From: Hydrolagus colliei
Taxonomy: Eukaryota
NCBI GenBank assembly: GCA_035084275.1
Contig: CM068765.1
Location: 1,612,001-1,676,000, forward strand
Reading direction: 5' to 3'
Length of the DNA: 64,000 nucleotides
Position 1 is the first letter of the stretch. Every line of letters starts with the position of its first letter. Shown here in pieces: positions 12,585 to 24,358 of this stretch. The translations under genes and the position numbers were made by a program. The notes under the pieces are model-generated. The model had not been told where the DNA came from. It ran no database searches and worked only from the letters and a program-made list of their open reading frames with translations.

Positions 12585-12971
12585 CTTGGCGGAGAAAAAG
12601 AAGCGTCAACAATTTCACAGGCAAAGAGATATTCTATTGGACTGCAATTGGGATTTTTTTTGGGGGGGCCCACCCCTTTCATATTCTGCTGTGCGCTGTT
12701 TAGCTGCCGCATTTCGTCCACAAATATACAGTCGGCTTTACTGCTCTCCTACCCCAACCCCTCCCCCTGCCATCTTTCCCCCTTTTTTCCCCTAATCCCA
12801 CTTCCTTGACTGTTTGTGGCTGCTGCGTTTCGCCCACAAATATACAGTCAATTTTCCTACTCTTCTTCATCCTGACCCAACCCCTCTACCCTACCCCTGC
12901 TCTTGTCCCTACCTGACTGTGCAGCGCCTTGGGACATCCTCTCGATGTGAAAGGCGCTATATAAACATAAG

Positions 12972-12974
<3 letters not shown>

Positions 12975-13003
<29 letters not shown>

Positions 13004-13020
13004 CATTCATTCATTGATTC
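12975..13020. repeat. (TTGA)n(TTCA)n microsatellite, tail of an L2/SINE-like insertion
   Basis: Follows gcgccttgggacatcc...gtgaaaggcgctatataa. Confidence 0.85.
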
Positions 13021-13046
13021 TCTGTGCAACGCAAAGCATTCACTAC

Positions 13047-13167
13047 CTATATCGCTATTCTCCAAAGACTGATCCTCTTCGGAAACCTTCAGAAAGACCT
13101 CCTCCAGCGTGGTGTCCATCAGACCAAAGCTGGTCAGGTTAAGATCCTCCAGGTTGAAATCCAAGGC
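13047..13167 (-). CDS. ABCA2: ABCA2 exon, R1 ([40 protein letters not shown])
   Basis: ttccag|GCC ... G|gtagtg; 121 nt, phase 0-1. Confidence 0.95.
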
Positions 13168-13539
13168 CTGGAAAAACAATACATCGACTACTTCAGTGCA
13201 CTCAAGGATCTCAGGATTCCTGTAGCTCAGTGTCGGTTAGAGCGCTCGCCTCGCAAGTGGGAGACCTGGATTCGTTTTCGCAGCTGTGCGAAAAGTTTCT
13301 TTCCTCCACACATCGCTGTTTTCCGAGCAGTAAGCAAGTAGGAACCCGGTTGTTAAGTCGATTGGCAGATCGCTTTTTCAGGGTTAATAATTGCTGACAA
13401 AATCAAAATAATTTGGTCACTCAATTCATGATTCTTTAGTGGGACACCATTGCGCGCAACTTGATGATTCATCCAGGTGGAATTTCACACATACCACACA
13501 CACACACAAACGCGTTTCAGGTATTGCTGAAAACATTAC

Positions 13540-13724
13540 CTGGAATAGTCTCTCAAAGCACCCCTTCTTTGCCGCCTCGGACGGCAGGATGTACGATATC
13601 TCAGTGTTGGTGTCCGAAATCAGGATGGTCGAAGCTACGTACTTTCTGATGAACTGGGTGACCTTCAGCTCCGAACAGCAGCTAACCAAACAGTGAGACA
13701 GAGGGCTGAGGTTCTGTCCCGAGT
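13540..13724 (-). CDS. ABCA2: ABCA2 exon, R1 (DSGQNLSPL...FERLFQ)
   Basis: tttcag|AC ... CAG|gtaatg; 185 nt, phase 1-0. Confidence 0.93.
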
Positions 13725-13844
13725 CTGAAAGATACAACAGTGTGGGGTTCGTTGGGGTGGGGGAGGAATAAAACACCGCAGACGTTGAGCGGGTCGCAAG
13801 ACGGACCCGTTGACGATCGCTGAGCGTTGGTTGTGAGGCCTCAC

Positions 13845-14027
13845 CTGTGCTGTTTTGAGCGTCAGACTGCTTCTTCACGACTGTGAGTTTGTAGCCGTCT
13901 CCGTAGGTACTTTTGAGGAACAGCGGTGACCCACAACACTTCAGCTTTCCGTGGGAGATTATTGCAATGCGATCGCCGAGGAGGTCCGCCTCGTCCATGT
14001 GATGAGTGGAGAGGAGGATGGTTCGAC
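13845..14027 (-). CDS. ABCA2: ABCA2 exon, NBD1 H-loop ([23 protein letters not shown])
   Basis: tttcag|GT ... G|gtgagg; 183 nt, phase 1-1. Confidence 0.96.
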
Positions 14028-14094
14028 CTGAAATGATTGGGAAATGCGTAAGGAAAGCCGCGCCCAACATCTCGCCGTACCAGGAACTGAATCC

Positions 14095-14441
14095 GTGTAG
14101 CTCCTGTAGCTCAGTGGTTAGAGCACTCGCCTTACAAGCGTGAGACCTGTGTTCGAATCCAGACGGAACCTCAGGGCGAACCTTGGGCAAGTTTCCTTAC
14201 TCCACACACACACACACACACACGCCTAATAATAATCCGTCCAAAAAAAACTACAATCATTTTTAAAAATTGGTCATTTCAATCCACGACTGTTTGTGGG
14301 GGACGCTGCTGTGCGCAATTAGCTGCGGCGTTTCGCCCACAAATATACAGTCAATTCACCTTACAGTCTATTCTGTGAAACGCTTTGAGACGTCGATAAG
14401 ATGTGAAAAGCGCTAGATCAAATGCAAGGATTATTATTATT
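14095..14441 (+). mobile_element. Full-length tRNA-derived SINE, reference copy of the dominant family (probably the SINE2-1_CM type)
   Basis: Pol III A box TAGCTCAGTGG and B box GTTCGAATCC, (CA)n linker, central gctgtgcgcaattggctgccgcgtttcgcccac block, L2-like tail gtgaagcgctttgagacgtc...gtgaaaagcgcta, (ATT)n end. Family name is recalled, not searched. Confidence 0.9.
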
Positions 14442-14522
14442 ATATGGCTCGCTGGCGAGGCGTGCGCTCTAACCACTGAGCTACAGGACTCTGCCTTATC
14501 ACATCGCTACAAGGTGACCCAC

Positions 14523-14719
14523 CTTGCTTGTACTTCAGAATCAAATCCCATATAGCTCTGCGGGCATAGGGGTCAACTCCAGCCGTAGGCTCGTCCAATA
14601 TAATAGCTTTGGATCCTCCGACAAAGGCAATGGCGACTGACAGCTTGCGCTTCATGCCACCGGACAAAGTCTGAACCAGAGAATGTCGCTTATTGGAGAG
14701 TTCCAAATCTTCAATCATC
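14523..14719 (-). CDS. ABCA2: ABCA2 exon, NBD1 signature (LSGGM) and Walker B (IILDEPT)
   Basis: gtccag|G ... G|gtgggt; 197 nt, phase 2-1. Confidence 0.96.
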
Positions 14720-15107
14720 CTGGACAGGAATCAAACGCACGGAAGGGTTATGTCAAATGGAAGTTAAGACGCCGTTTGGGAAACGTAACGATTCTATTTT
14801 AATATAAGAGTTATTTCACAAGTATTCTTCAGGATTGTACAAATTTTTCTCTTAAAAAAAAAAAAAAGTAGCTTGGTCGCAATGCAAGAACAACAAAACA
14901 ATTACATTTTTAAAGTGCCTTTCGCGTCGGGAGGATGTCCCAAGGCAATGCAGATAAGATGGGGATAAGGCGGGCAGGCGGAGTTCCATGGGCTACATTG
15001 TGTTGAGTAAGGATAGACCGAGATTTGAATTCAACTCAACTCCAGTTGAAGTTGGGATGTACGATATGACTCAAGCTAGAATTCTCAAGGGTACTTGGTG
15101 TCCTTAC

Positions 15108-15320
15108 TTGTGCATTTCTTTGCTGATCTCATCCTCCGCCATCCCCTTCAGACGCGAGTAGAACCAGAGATGTTCCTCCACGGTCAGATTGTCAAACAGT
15201 ACGTTGTGCTGGGGGCACATCCCGAGGTTCTTCCGGATCTCGTCCATCTCCGTTCGAATGTCGTGCCCGTAAATGGTGGCGGATCCAGCCGAGGGTGGGA
15301 ACAAACCAGTCAGGATCGAC
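15108..15320 (-). CDS. ABCA2: ABCA2 exon, NBD1 Q-loop ([11 protein letters not shown])
   Basis: ttccag|G ... AA|gtaagg; 213 nt, phase 2-2. Confidence 0.96.
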
Positions 15321-15564
15321 CTGGAAAATCAAAACGCGCAAATAGCCGTTTTTACTGAGCTCAGTCACAAATCAGACTTCCATCTAGTTGCATAAAAATC
15401 AGACGTCAGTTGTACCATTCGCCTAACTTGTCTATAAAACGGATCGATGTTGGCAGGAATAGTGAGATGCCATGGCTCGCCCCCCCAGCTGGGAAAGCCA
15501 TCCGCCAATCGACTAACAACAACCGGGAAGCTGCCTTCCACAGCAGTGAAAGAATTGCAGAAAA

Positions 15565-15800
15565 ATGATAATAATTATCCTTGCATTTTGATATAGCGGC
15601 TTTTCACATCTTATCGACGTCTCAGAGCGCTTAACAAATGTACTGTAAAGTGAATTTGACTGTACATTTGTGGGCGAAGCGCGGCAGCCAATTGAGCGCA
15701 CAGCAGCTTCTCCACCCCCCCACTCCCCCACGAACAGTCATGGATTGAAATGACCGATGTTATTATCGTGGTTCTCCTTGGGAGGGATTGTTATTAGGCG
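15565..15800 (-). mobile_element. SINE 3' two-thirds
   Basis: Same family. Confidence 0.8.
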
Positions 15801-15851
15801 GGAAAACGAGGAAACGGGAGGACAAAAGAAGCGAAGGCGTCTCGTGCTCAC

Positions 15852-16032
15852 ATTGTGGTGGTTTTCCCGGCCCCGTTATGTCCCAAGAAGGACACCACCT
15901 GGTTCTCGTGCAGGTTGAGGCTGAGTTTGTTGAGAGCCAGCTTCTTGCCAAGTTTGTAAACCTTGGTGAGTTTGTCGATGCAGACGACGAGTGGCAAATG
16001 GCTCGGTTCCTCCTCGATCCCGCGTGTCTCTT
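15852..16032 (-). CDS. ABCA2: ABCA2 exon, NBD1 Walker A (GHNGAGKTT)
   Basis: tcacag|AA ... AT|gtgagc; 181 nt, phase 1-2. Confidence 0.96.
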
Positions 16033-16074
16033 CTGTGAGGAGATCGCAAAGTTACAACGGTCTCCTTGCATTGA

Positions 16075-16352
16075 TGCAACGTCTCAAAAGCGCTTCGCAG
16101 AAAATATACGGTAAAAAGAGAACTGGCTGTATATTTTGTGGGCAAAAGGCGGCAGCCAATCACGCACGCAGCAGTGTCCCACAAACAGTCGCGGATCGAA
16201 GCGGCGGATTTATTATTATTTGCTTTCTTGAGAGATGATTATCAGGTTGCATGGAGTTCAGAAACTTGCCCGAGCTTTCGTTCCTGCCAGGAATAGAACC
16301 CGGGTCTCTCGCTTGCGAGGCAAGTGTTCTAACCACTGAGCTACAAGACTCC
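16075..16352 (-). mobile_element. SINE, near full length
   Basis: Same family; head ends ctaaccactgagctacaagactcc. Confidence 0.82.
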
Positions 16353-16799
16353 ACAAACAGAATGCCAGCTTACTCGAGAAGTGTTTGATGCTCCCAGCCC
16401 TCATTGCCCCATTTCATCTTCTAGTTCCTGACCTCATCGGGACGCACCAACATAAAAACTGACCGCGCAAAATTCAGAATCATATGTACAGGGTTTGTTT
16501 TGAGTGGTGGTGGGCGGGGTTTGGGATGTGTGTTATTCAAGAGATGGTAACTCCTACCAACTCTTTTAATAAAAGGTTCTGAGCCAGGCCCTGTCTGGTT
16601 CTCCTGAGTTGGCCATTAGGAGGCGTGCCAGAGCAGCCAGCGGAGAGACGAGTTGCCAACACCACCGGGGAAGTGAGGAGAGGTGGTGTCGGGAGATGAT
16701 AAACTCTGGGTTTGCCACACCAACACATGTCACCCAAACAAACCAAACAAAAACACCTTTGCAATTACCCGAGTCACAGAGCCCTGGCAGTTTAAAATG

Positions 16800-17050
16800 A
16801 AGCAGGAAAAACTTCTTTGCTCAGAGCTTGAGTGTTGACGGAATACTCTATCCCAAAAGGATGCAGATGCTCACTCAGTCCTTGAACATTCTCAAGACTG
16901 AGACTGATAGATTTCTTATGGATAAAGAGATATGGGGATAAAGCAGGGGCAGGTGGAGTTAGATTAGAAGATCAGCCATGATCTTACTGAATGGCGGGGG
17001 GCTCGAGGGGCTGAATGGCCTACTCCTGCTCCTAATTTTTATGTTCTTAG
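16800..17050 (+). mobile_element. CR1-clade LINE 3' end
   Basis: gatcagccatgatc...gaggggctgaatggcctactcctgctcct...tatgttctt, typical chondrichthyan CR1 terminus (recalled); a shorter copy sits at 12125-12185. Confidence 0.72.
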
Positions 17051-17071
17051 GAAGAGGTACGATTTCCTTAC

Positions 17072-17236
17072 CCAGTCTCCGGTTCTCCATGGCGCAGGCC
17101 TGATCGTCCTCCATGATGCTGAGGCGGCTAGTCCTACACCAGGGCCAAGACCATTCCCAGGTCTCTATCCGGCCATTCCCCAGCCAGTAGGACTTCTGGA
17201 ACGGGAAATACCACGGTCTGGGAAGCCCGTACATCC
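17072..17236 (-). CDS. ABCA2: ABCA2 exon (GMYGLPRPWYFPFQKSYW...MENRRL)
   Basis: tcctag|GG ... G|gtaagg; 165 nt, phase 1-1. Confidence 0.95.
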
Positions 17237-18301
17237 CTAGGAATAGAAGTGAAATAAAAATAATTTTAATCATAATAATAATGCTCCTCGCTTTGGAACC
17301 CAACAGGGCTGTAGTCACGATCGAGAGACGTCCCCAATTAATGATAATAATACTGTTAACAGTTTTTCACATTTTGGGTGAAAAGTAATTAATTAACTTT
17401 ACAGTATATTCTGTGAAGTGCTTTGAGACATCGATCAGATGTGAAAAGCGCTATATCCAATGCAAAGATTATTGCTATTATTATTATTATAAAACAATGA
17501 GCCCTCGCTTTTGACATCGCGCCTGATCATGTCATCGAGACGTCTCAAAGCGCTTCACAGAACATACGGGTAAAGTATTTCTTCCCCCCACAACAGCTGT
17601 AATGCAACCACTCTTCACACACTGGCCTTGTACTGCTCAGTTGTCGATTCCCCCTCTGAATACAGGGCGCCTCAGAGAAGTACAATATTGATGATCTGCA
17701 GCACTAAGAGTGATATGAGCTGCGAGCGATGATTAGATAAACTGAGGTTCTGCGGCTTTGAAAAGCTGTTTCGATATTTTAAATGGGATTAAAAGAAAGT
17801 AAGTACAGAACAACACTTGCTATCGAAACACACAAGGCTGTAGTTTGCAAAGGCAAGTGCCATCTGACAGAGTCTGCAGCGATCAGCCTCAAATGATTTC
17901 TCGAGTGAAACTTCAGTATGTAATGGCGTAACAAAGCTATACGGGTATATGCCTTCATGATTCCTTAACAATTCCTTGCGCCCACACAGTGCAAAAACCA
18001 GACGCTGCTGTAAACATTGTGGTTTTACTTGAATCAAGGGCTTAGTATAATCGACCGAACCCCCAAATCATTATCCACCCCCCGAAAAGTAGAGATGAAA
18101 ATCCAGGTGTTTTGTATTTTTGTTTAAAAAATAAATGTTTCCAAGTGGAATTTGTCCAGTTTTTTGGGGGGTTTTAAGCAGCGGAAGTGAAACCGACGGA
18201 AGCTTTAACGGGTCGCGTGGAAGCGGATGCGAAACGGTGTTAGCGGAGGCGAAACGAAGCGCGAACCCGTATGTTCTATGAAGCGCGAACGGTTTTCTCA
18301 C

Positions 18302-18506
18302 CTGGATGGACAGCCTCGATGTACCACGTCAGCACTCCATAGATGGAGGCATCCACGATCAGCATGACCATGGAGAGGAGTAGATTAAAGTCGTCGCCTT
18401 CCACCGGCGACTGGTTTAAAGTGTGCCATTGAATCCCCACCCCCGATACCTCGTACAGAGCAAAGTACTTGGAGCCCAGGCCAAAGGCAGTGGTCGACAT
18501 GAGCGA
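18302..18506 (-). CDS. ABCA2: ABCA2 exon, TMD1 ([19 protein letters not shown]...WYIEAVHP)
   Basis: ttgcag|TCG ... G|gtgaga; 205 nt, phase 0-1. Confidence 0.95.
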
Positions 18507-18559
18507 CTGCAATGACAAACAGACGTTTAAATATTTAAAACCCCCCACGAAGCAGTAGA

Positions 18560-18740
18560 ATAATAATAATAATAATGATTGCATTTGATATAGCGCTTTT
18601 CAGGTTTTCTAGACGTCTCAATGCGCTTCACAGAATACGCTGTGAAGTGAATTGACTGTATATTTTGTGGGCGAAACGCGGCAGCCAATTGCGCACAGCA
18701 GCGTCCCCACAGACAGTCAAACCGATTGAAATGACCGATT
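18560..18740 (-). mobile_element. SINE 3' half
   Basis: Same family. Confidence 0.8.
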
Positions 18741-19234
18741 TACAAACAATTATTTCTGTTAGCTGTAACGGTCCTGAATGTCATAGGATAAATAGTTGTT
18801 TTTTTTAACAGGTGCTCTGGCTACAACACGCGCTGCATAAAACAACAGCGTACTCAGTGATGCGATAGAATCTGCTTTGCCTGGCTAAACGCACAACAAA
18901 CTGTATGGAACCCCTCCCCACTTCACAGCACTCTTTGGTATCTCACTGGAGCTTCAGGAACGATCTCAGTGGCAAAAAAAAACACCGAACTCCCTCCGCG
19001 ATAAATTTGGCGGCTACATTTTTTACGTTTATTGAAAGCTGACGCTAACCGTCTCGCAGTCTGACTTTCTCTATCTTTCTACCTCGTTCACTGCAGGAAA
19101 GAGTACTTGCGAGGCGCCCGCATTGCACACAACAATGAAACAAAACCACACTTGTACAGCTTTCACGTCAGCCGGACGACATCAAAAACATCAAATCGAG
19201 CTGCGTGTTGAGCAAGGATGGTGGAAGATCATAC

Positions 19235-19385
19235 CGCAATGCACTTCTCAAACGCAGTGATCCGGTCATGAGCCACCTCCTCGCGGATAGCGACGTACAT
19301 GTAGGGGACGTAGCTGAGGAAATAGATAATCCCACCGCAGGCTGAGGCCAGTTTGGCTTTGGAGTAGACCACAGAGATCAGGAAG
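19235..19385 (-). CDS. ABCA2: ABCA2 exon, TMD1 ([18 protein letters not shown]...FEKCIA)
   Basis: ttgcag|C ... GCG|gtatga; 151 nt, phase 2-0. Confidence 0.95.
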
Positions 19386-19567
19386 CTGCAACAGGTTCAA
19401 CAAAACATCAATGAGGACCAACGTTCCACTTGTGTTTCGAGATTTGTTTAAGAAACACACCTGCTCTCAGTCATGCTCCTACCAATCTCCTCCTGACTTC
19501 CTTTAGTGTCAGGAGGTACATCTCAAAAAGTGTTGCGTAGGATTTATTGCAAAATATGGACATGGGT

Positions 19568-19638
19568 GGGGAGGGAGGGAGGGAGGGAGGGAGGGAGGGA
19601 GGGAGGGAGGGAGGGAGGGAGGGAGGGAGGGAGGGAGG
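19568..19638. repeat. (GGGA)n tetranucleotide microsatellite
   Basis: About 17 uninterrupted units. Confidence 0.95.
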
Positions 19639-19690
19639 CGAATAGGGCAGACCATGTCCGTCCCTCAAGTGAAGTGAAGCCACTACTCAC

Positions 19691-19881
19691 CAGAACATGA
19701 TGGTTGCTATGGCATAGATGGTCAGGAAAAGCCAGATGATAAAGGGATCACTGTGCATCAGGACCTTGCCGTACTTCAGGATAGCAGTCAGGGCAGTGAC
19801 GGAGATCGAGAGCTGAACAAACCCCGTGATGAACCAGGCTACCCAGTGGACAGCATTGTTCAACCCCATCATCTTCATCAC
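19691..19881 (-). CDS. ABCA2: ABCA2 exon, TMD1 ([17 protein letters not shown]...ATIMF)
   Basis: ccccag|GTG ... TG|gtgagt; 191 nt, phase 0-2. Confidence 0.95.
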
Positions 19882-20136
19882 CTGGGGGAGAATAGCAATA
19901 GCAGTAACAATAATAATAACAATCACTTTACAGCACCATTCAAGTAGACAACGTACAGCGCGGGGTAAGGTTGCACACTCTTGGCAGGATCTACAGAAGT
20001 TCCCTGTGCTCTGTGACTTGGTGGAGTGCTGTAGCTCAGTAGTTAGAGCACTCGTCTTACGAGCGCGAGACCTGTGTTTCGGTATCTTTTCAAATAACCG
20101 CAAAGATTTGCCCGCCACCCCCAACTCAACTCTCAC

Positions 20137-20251
20137 CTCCTTCAGCCTGTGTTCCTTCTCCGCCACGATGTGTTGGATCATCATAGCCACCGAGTAAACC
20201 CAAGATATAACCATACAGAGTGGCATCATGTGTTCGATCACAAACAAGAAG
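20137..20251 (-). CDS. ABCA2: ABCA2 exon, TMD1 ([17 protein letters not shown]...EKEHRLKE)
   Basis: cctcag|C ... GAG|gtgaga; 115 nt, phase 2-0. Confidence 0.95.
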
Positions 20252-20539
20252 CTGAGGCAACAGAGGGAGGGGGAGAGGGGAGAGGTGGGGTGGTGGGGGG
20301 CAGAGTTAACAAAAAGGTTATTTCCTTAGGAAACTAATCATTCGCAAAAAATACATGGTTTCAGCCAGAAGCGAGGGTTAAAAATAAATTATTTACAAAC
20401 TTGGTGTTAAAGGTAAGGCCAGAAAAGCATGTGGTCCGAGCCCAAACTGTTTTGGTCTCTTGCCTCTCGACAGTGATCAGCAACAAGGTAGAGGTAGAAA
20501 GATAGCGAAAGAGTCCAGTGGTCAAGAGAAGCTTCTCGA

Positions 20540-20900
20540 CTACAACAACAACTTTGATTTATATAGCGCCCTCCACGCCGGACGGCATCTCAGACCGCTT
20601 CACAATAGCAGATCGCGGGACCGAGATAGGGGTAGAAAGGTGACCAAAGGCATGATCGAAGAGAAAGGTCTTCAGCTTGGACCTGGAGCTGAGAAAAGAG
20701 GGGCAAGACGAAGGTAGTGAGGAAGGGAATTCCAGAGCCTCGGGGCATAGTGGCTGAAGGCTCAGCCGCCGAGGATGGAGCAGAGGTTTCAGGGGGACAT
20801 GGAGGAGGATAAGGCTATGGGTGCTGGTTTGAGGAGAGAGGTAGGGGTGTGCAGAAGAGCAGAGGGATTTGAAGACAAGGGTAAGGATCTTAAGACTTAG
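20540..20900 (-). mobile_element. L2 LINE 3' fragment
   Basis: (GTT)n tail, ctctggaattccct, and aagatccttacccttgtcttcaaatccctc motifs. Confidence 0.72.
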
Positions 20901-20952
20901 GATTGGCTTCTTCCCAAGCCGTCCCTATTGTGATAGCTTGAGCAATACTTAC

Positions 20953-21055
20953 TCATCCCTGGTGTAACAGGGGTAGGGAAACATCTGGACGTAATTTCCA
21001 GGCTCCACCACATCGTGACCCACAAATGTGTTGATAATGGCCCGTTCCATCATAT
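20953..21055 (-). CDS. ABCA2: ABCA2 exon ([34 protein letters not shown])
   Basis: cttcag|AT ... GA|gtaagt; 103 nt, phase 1-2. Confidence 0.95.
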
Positions 21056-22404
21056 CTGAAGAGAGAGAAAGAAAGAGAGAGAGAGCGAGAGAAGAGAGAA
21101 AGAAAAATATCACCATTCATTACATTTGAAGGAAGGTCAGGAATGTCATTACTGCCAGTTAATATAGCTTGAGTAAAAGGAATTGAAGATTCTAGGGCTA
21201 AGTAATAGGCCCTAGTGATCAAATAAATGGGGGGAGTCGGAGATTAAAATTAATATTTTAAATCGCCAAATTAGATGATCTCTTCTCCTGCATTCATTCA
21301 TAACGTTTCGATCGCAGCATCAGAGCAAGGAATAGGAGCAAGAAGCTCAACTTGCATTTCGTGCTCTGTCTTGAGCTGGGATTGATGCTGAGATTGAAGC
21401 AAGCTGTTGGCATTCTCCTGTTGCGATAGAATGACGTGTTTAATTGCTGTTAAATTAAATGAGCAAAGCCTTCCTGGAAGCTTTTTGAGCTGTTCGGTGG
21501 TCCACCCCAAGAATGTTGAGACTTTCGACTGGGAGTTAGCCCGGAGATCTTGCCTCCACCAATCATGTGGTAGAAAAGCACCATTAATTACACAGTGGAG
21601 TTACATTCAGATGATAGCGGGTGGAACGTTTTCACGATGTATCAGATTTCCTTGCGAGTGCAACTCAAACGCACGCTCACGTCAATAAGCCCACCAAGAG
21701 TGAAACACCTGAAGCACTACTTCATACTGTGGGCAGTTGCATTAAACTGAGGCGATGCCACACACAAAAGTTACCATTTGCTGTCCAAATCCCTTTCCCG
21801 TCTGTGTGACAGCCACATAATCAGACGAGTAAAAGTCTGGTTTTGTAAACCAACCATCATCTTTTCCCTATACAGAAACCTACTTTATAATAATAATAAT
21901 ATCACTTGAAGTCGATCTATCTGCCTGTGCATTGTCTCTAAATACTTCACGGGAATGACTGTAAAGTGTAATGACTGTGTATTTCTTTGGAGGCAAACTC
22001 AGCAGCCAATCTAGAGCCCTCCCTCCTCTTCCCTCCTTCTTAAATGACGCTGGATATCAAAAATGTGTAGCGAGTCTCTTAGAATTCAATCTGGAGAGAC
22101 TAGTTGCATTAATATGCGTCAGTGATTGCAGTGCTCTGCACTCTGAAAGCCAGCACACCAGTTGGAATATCTGAGCGATAATCTCCCTTTCAAATCAGAC
22201 TGATCATCTGCGTTGAAAAAAAAATCTAATTTGGTTCAGGGTTTAATTACTTTGGGAATGAACACTGTTTAAAACATGCATCCTTTCCAACAGGGTATTA
22301 ATCAATCAATTGGTATCATTAAATATTAATTGGTAAAAAAAAACTATTGAGGAAAGCAGTACATTTTTATGGTGATAAACTCTGCGTTACCGTCTAAAAT
22401 AGAT

Positions 22405-22640
22405 GGTGAAACCTTGGACAAATTTAGAATTACTCCGCACGCCTAATAATGATCCCTCCCCCCCAAAAAATTGGTCACTTTAATCCATTTAAAGTGGGGA
22501 CACTGCTGAGCGCAATTGGCTGCCGAGTTTCACCCACATATATTACAGTCAATTCACTTTACAACATTTCCCGTGAAGCGCCTTGAGACGTGTAGAAGAT
22601 GTACAAAAAGCGCTCTAGCAAATACAAGGGTTGTTGTTAT
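22405..22640 (+). mobile_element. SINE, 5'-truncated
   Basis: Same family, diverged. Confidence 0.75.
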
Positions 22641-22669
22641 CATTGGTATTAAAATCCTCATGTGCCAAC

Positions 22670-22843
22670 CTTGTATCCAGACAAATCCGTACAGGAAATA
22701 GAATCGGCCGCCAGTGTTGGGACCCGGTCTCCAATACGCCCTGCGGATTTCGTTGGTTTTCTCAGTGAAGCTGGAGTTCTGACGGATCTTCAGCATAACA
22801 TGAGGAGGCAAAGTGCCGTCCTTCTTTGTCTGAAATATCACGC
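22670..22843 (-). CDS. ABCA2: ABCA2 exon ([15 protein letters not shown]...YGFVWIQ)
   Basis: ctctag|GC ... G|gttggc; 174 nt, phase 1-1. Confidence 0.95.
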
Positions 22844-22884
22844 CTAGAGGAAGCAAACGGGGGTGGGAGGGGAGGGAGGGAAGG

Positions 22885-23115
22885 TGACAGTTGTGAACAA
22901 GTTGTTAACAGCCTGGAATGCAGTGCCTGAAAGGCTGGTGGAAACGGATTCGATAACAACTTTCAAAAGGGCTATGAGATAGGTACTTGCAAAGGAGAAA
23001 TGTGCAGAAGGTAAGCGGAAGGAGAGGGGGAAGTGGGACTGATTGGGTAGCTCTTCCAAACAGCTGACACAGGCACGATGGGCTGAATGGCCACATCCTC
23101 TCAGGTTCTACGAAT
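22885..23115 (+). mobile_element. CR1 LINE 3' end
   Basis: cctggaatgcagtgcctgaaaggctggtggaa...gatgggctgaatggcc. Confidence 0.72.
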
Positions 23116-24358
23116 CTCCTAAATAAGTTTGGATGCTTTCCAATATCAATGCTTCAAAAAACCAATTTGCGTTTACTTATACAGCCAGCGCCCCTTCAAG
23201 TGGGTTGTGTCTCAGAACGGTGACGGAGACTGACGCTGAGACTGGGAGAGCGGGCAAATGACCATAGGTGCGCTCACGGAAGGGACGCCTTCAGGTTTGA
23301 TCCGGAGATGGGCAAGGGCGGAGCAAGGGCGGGAGGGATTGCGGCAGGGAGTGCTTTGTGTTACCACGCATTCTCTTGAACAGGGAACAGTGCGCAGTCT
23401 GGCAACATGAGATGCCGCACATCATGGAGAGCAGAACAGAGACCGCAATTAAAGCATGCACAACATATAATTACATCTGCAGCAAAATAAAAGTTCTTCA
23501 TCTCTGGAAAAAAAAAAAAAACTCTGCGCAATTTACTGGCAGAGTAATTCAATAACTTCAACAACAGATGTGTATGATAAAGGTCTGTGAGTCAGTCAAA
23601 CTGTCTGAAATGCGGAGGCTGAACATTGACGTCCACAGCGATTGCTGATTCGGCTCTGGTTCTTCGTTAAATCGTTAACCGTCTCTCGCCTGGGGCACTT
23701 ATAGGTAGAGGTGTTTTAACATGACCGTTTTGTTTGGATCCATTTGCTCCCAAACTCGGATATCTCCAGGCAACGGGGAAATTGTACAGTCGCAAATTGC
23801 AATTTGGTATATTTAGCGGATTGGATGCCCCCCCCAAAAAAAAAAAACAACAGCGGCAATCCAGAGGTCCTCAAGCAAAGTGAGTTTCAGAATATTTTAA
23901 TTGAGGTGCATCCAAGTAGATCGACAGATTGGGTTTGGGTGGGAGAAGGCCCTTCAGGCCATTCTGGGACATGGGGAACGGGATATGATGGGCAAATGCC
24001 TGCAAAATTGAGTAACGCACAGTACAGGCAAACCTGTCTTCAACAGCCACTCAGAGAACAGGGCCAAACTGGCCTTGATATGAGGGTGGTCTTGGGAGTT
24101 AGGGTATGTTGGTGTGTGTCTGAAGCAATGACTGTCCAGCTCCATGGGACTTCCTCCTGACGTGAAAGGCGCTATACAAGTGTAATTTTGTTGTTGTTGT
24201 TGTTGATGAATCGGGCTTTCTCAGGAAGGCTATTGCTAAGGGGCTGGTTGCTGATTGGAGGTGGTTGCTTAATAATATTCGACTAATTATTTCAGGAGTA
24301 ACTTTTCACGGATGCGTTTCTAAAAAAATAAAACTTTAAAAAAGTGCGAGTGACTCAC

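Noticed and set aside
14098-14165. tRNA-like sequence with A and B boxes, many copies
   Set aside because: These are SINE heads continuing into the SINE body, with no closed acceptor stem, so they are not tRNA genes.
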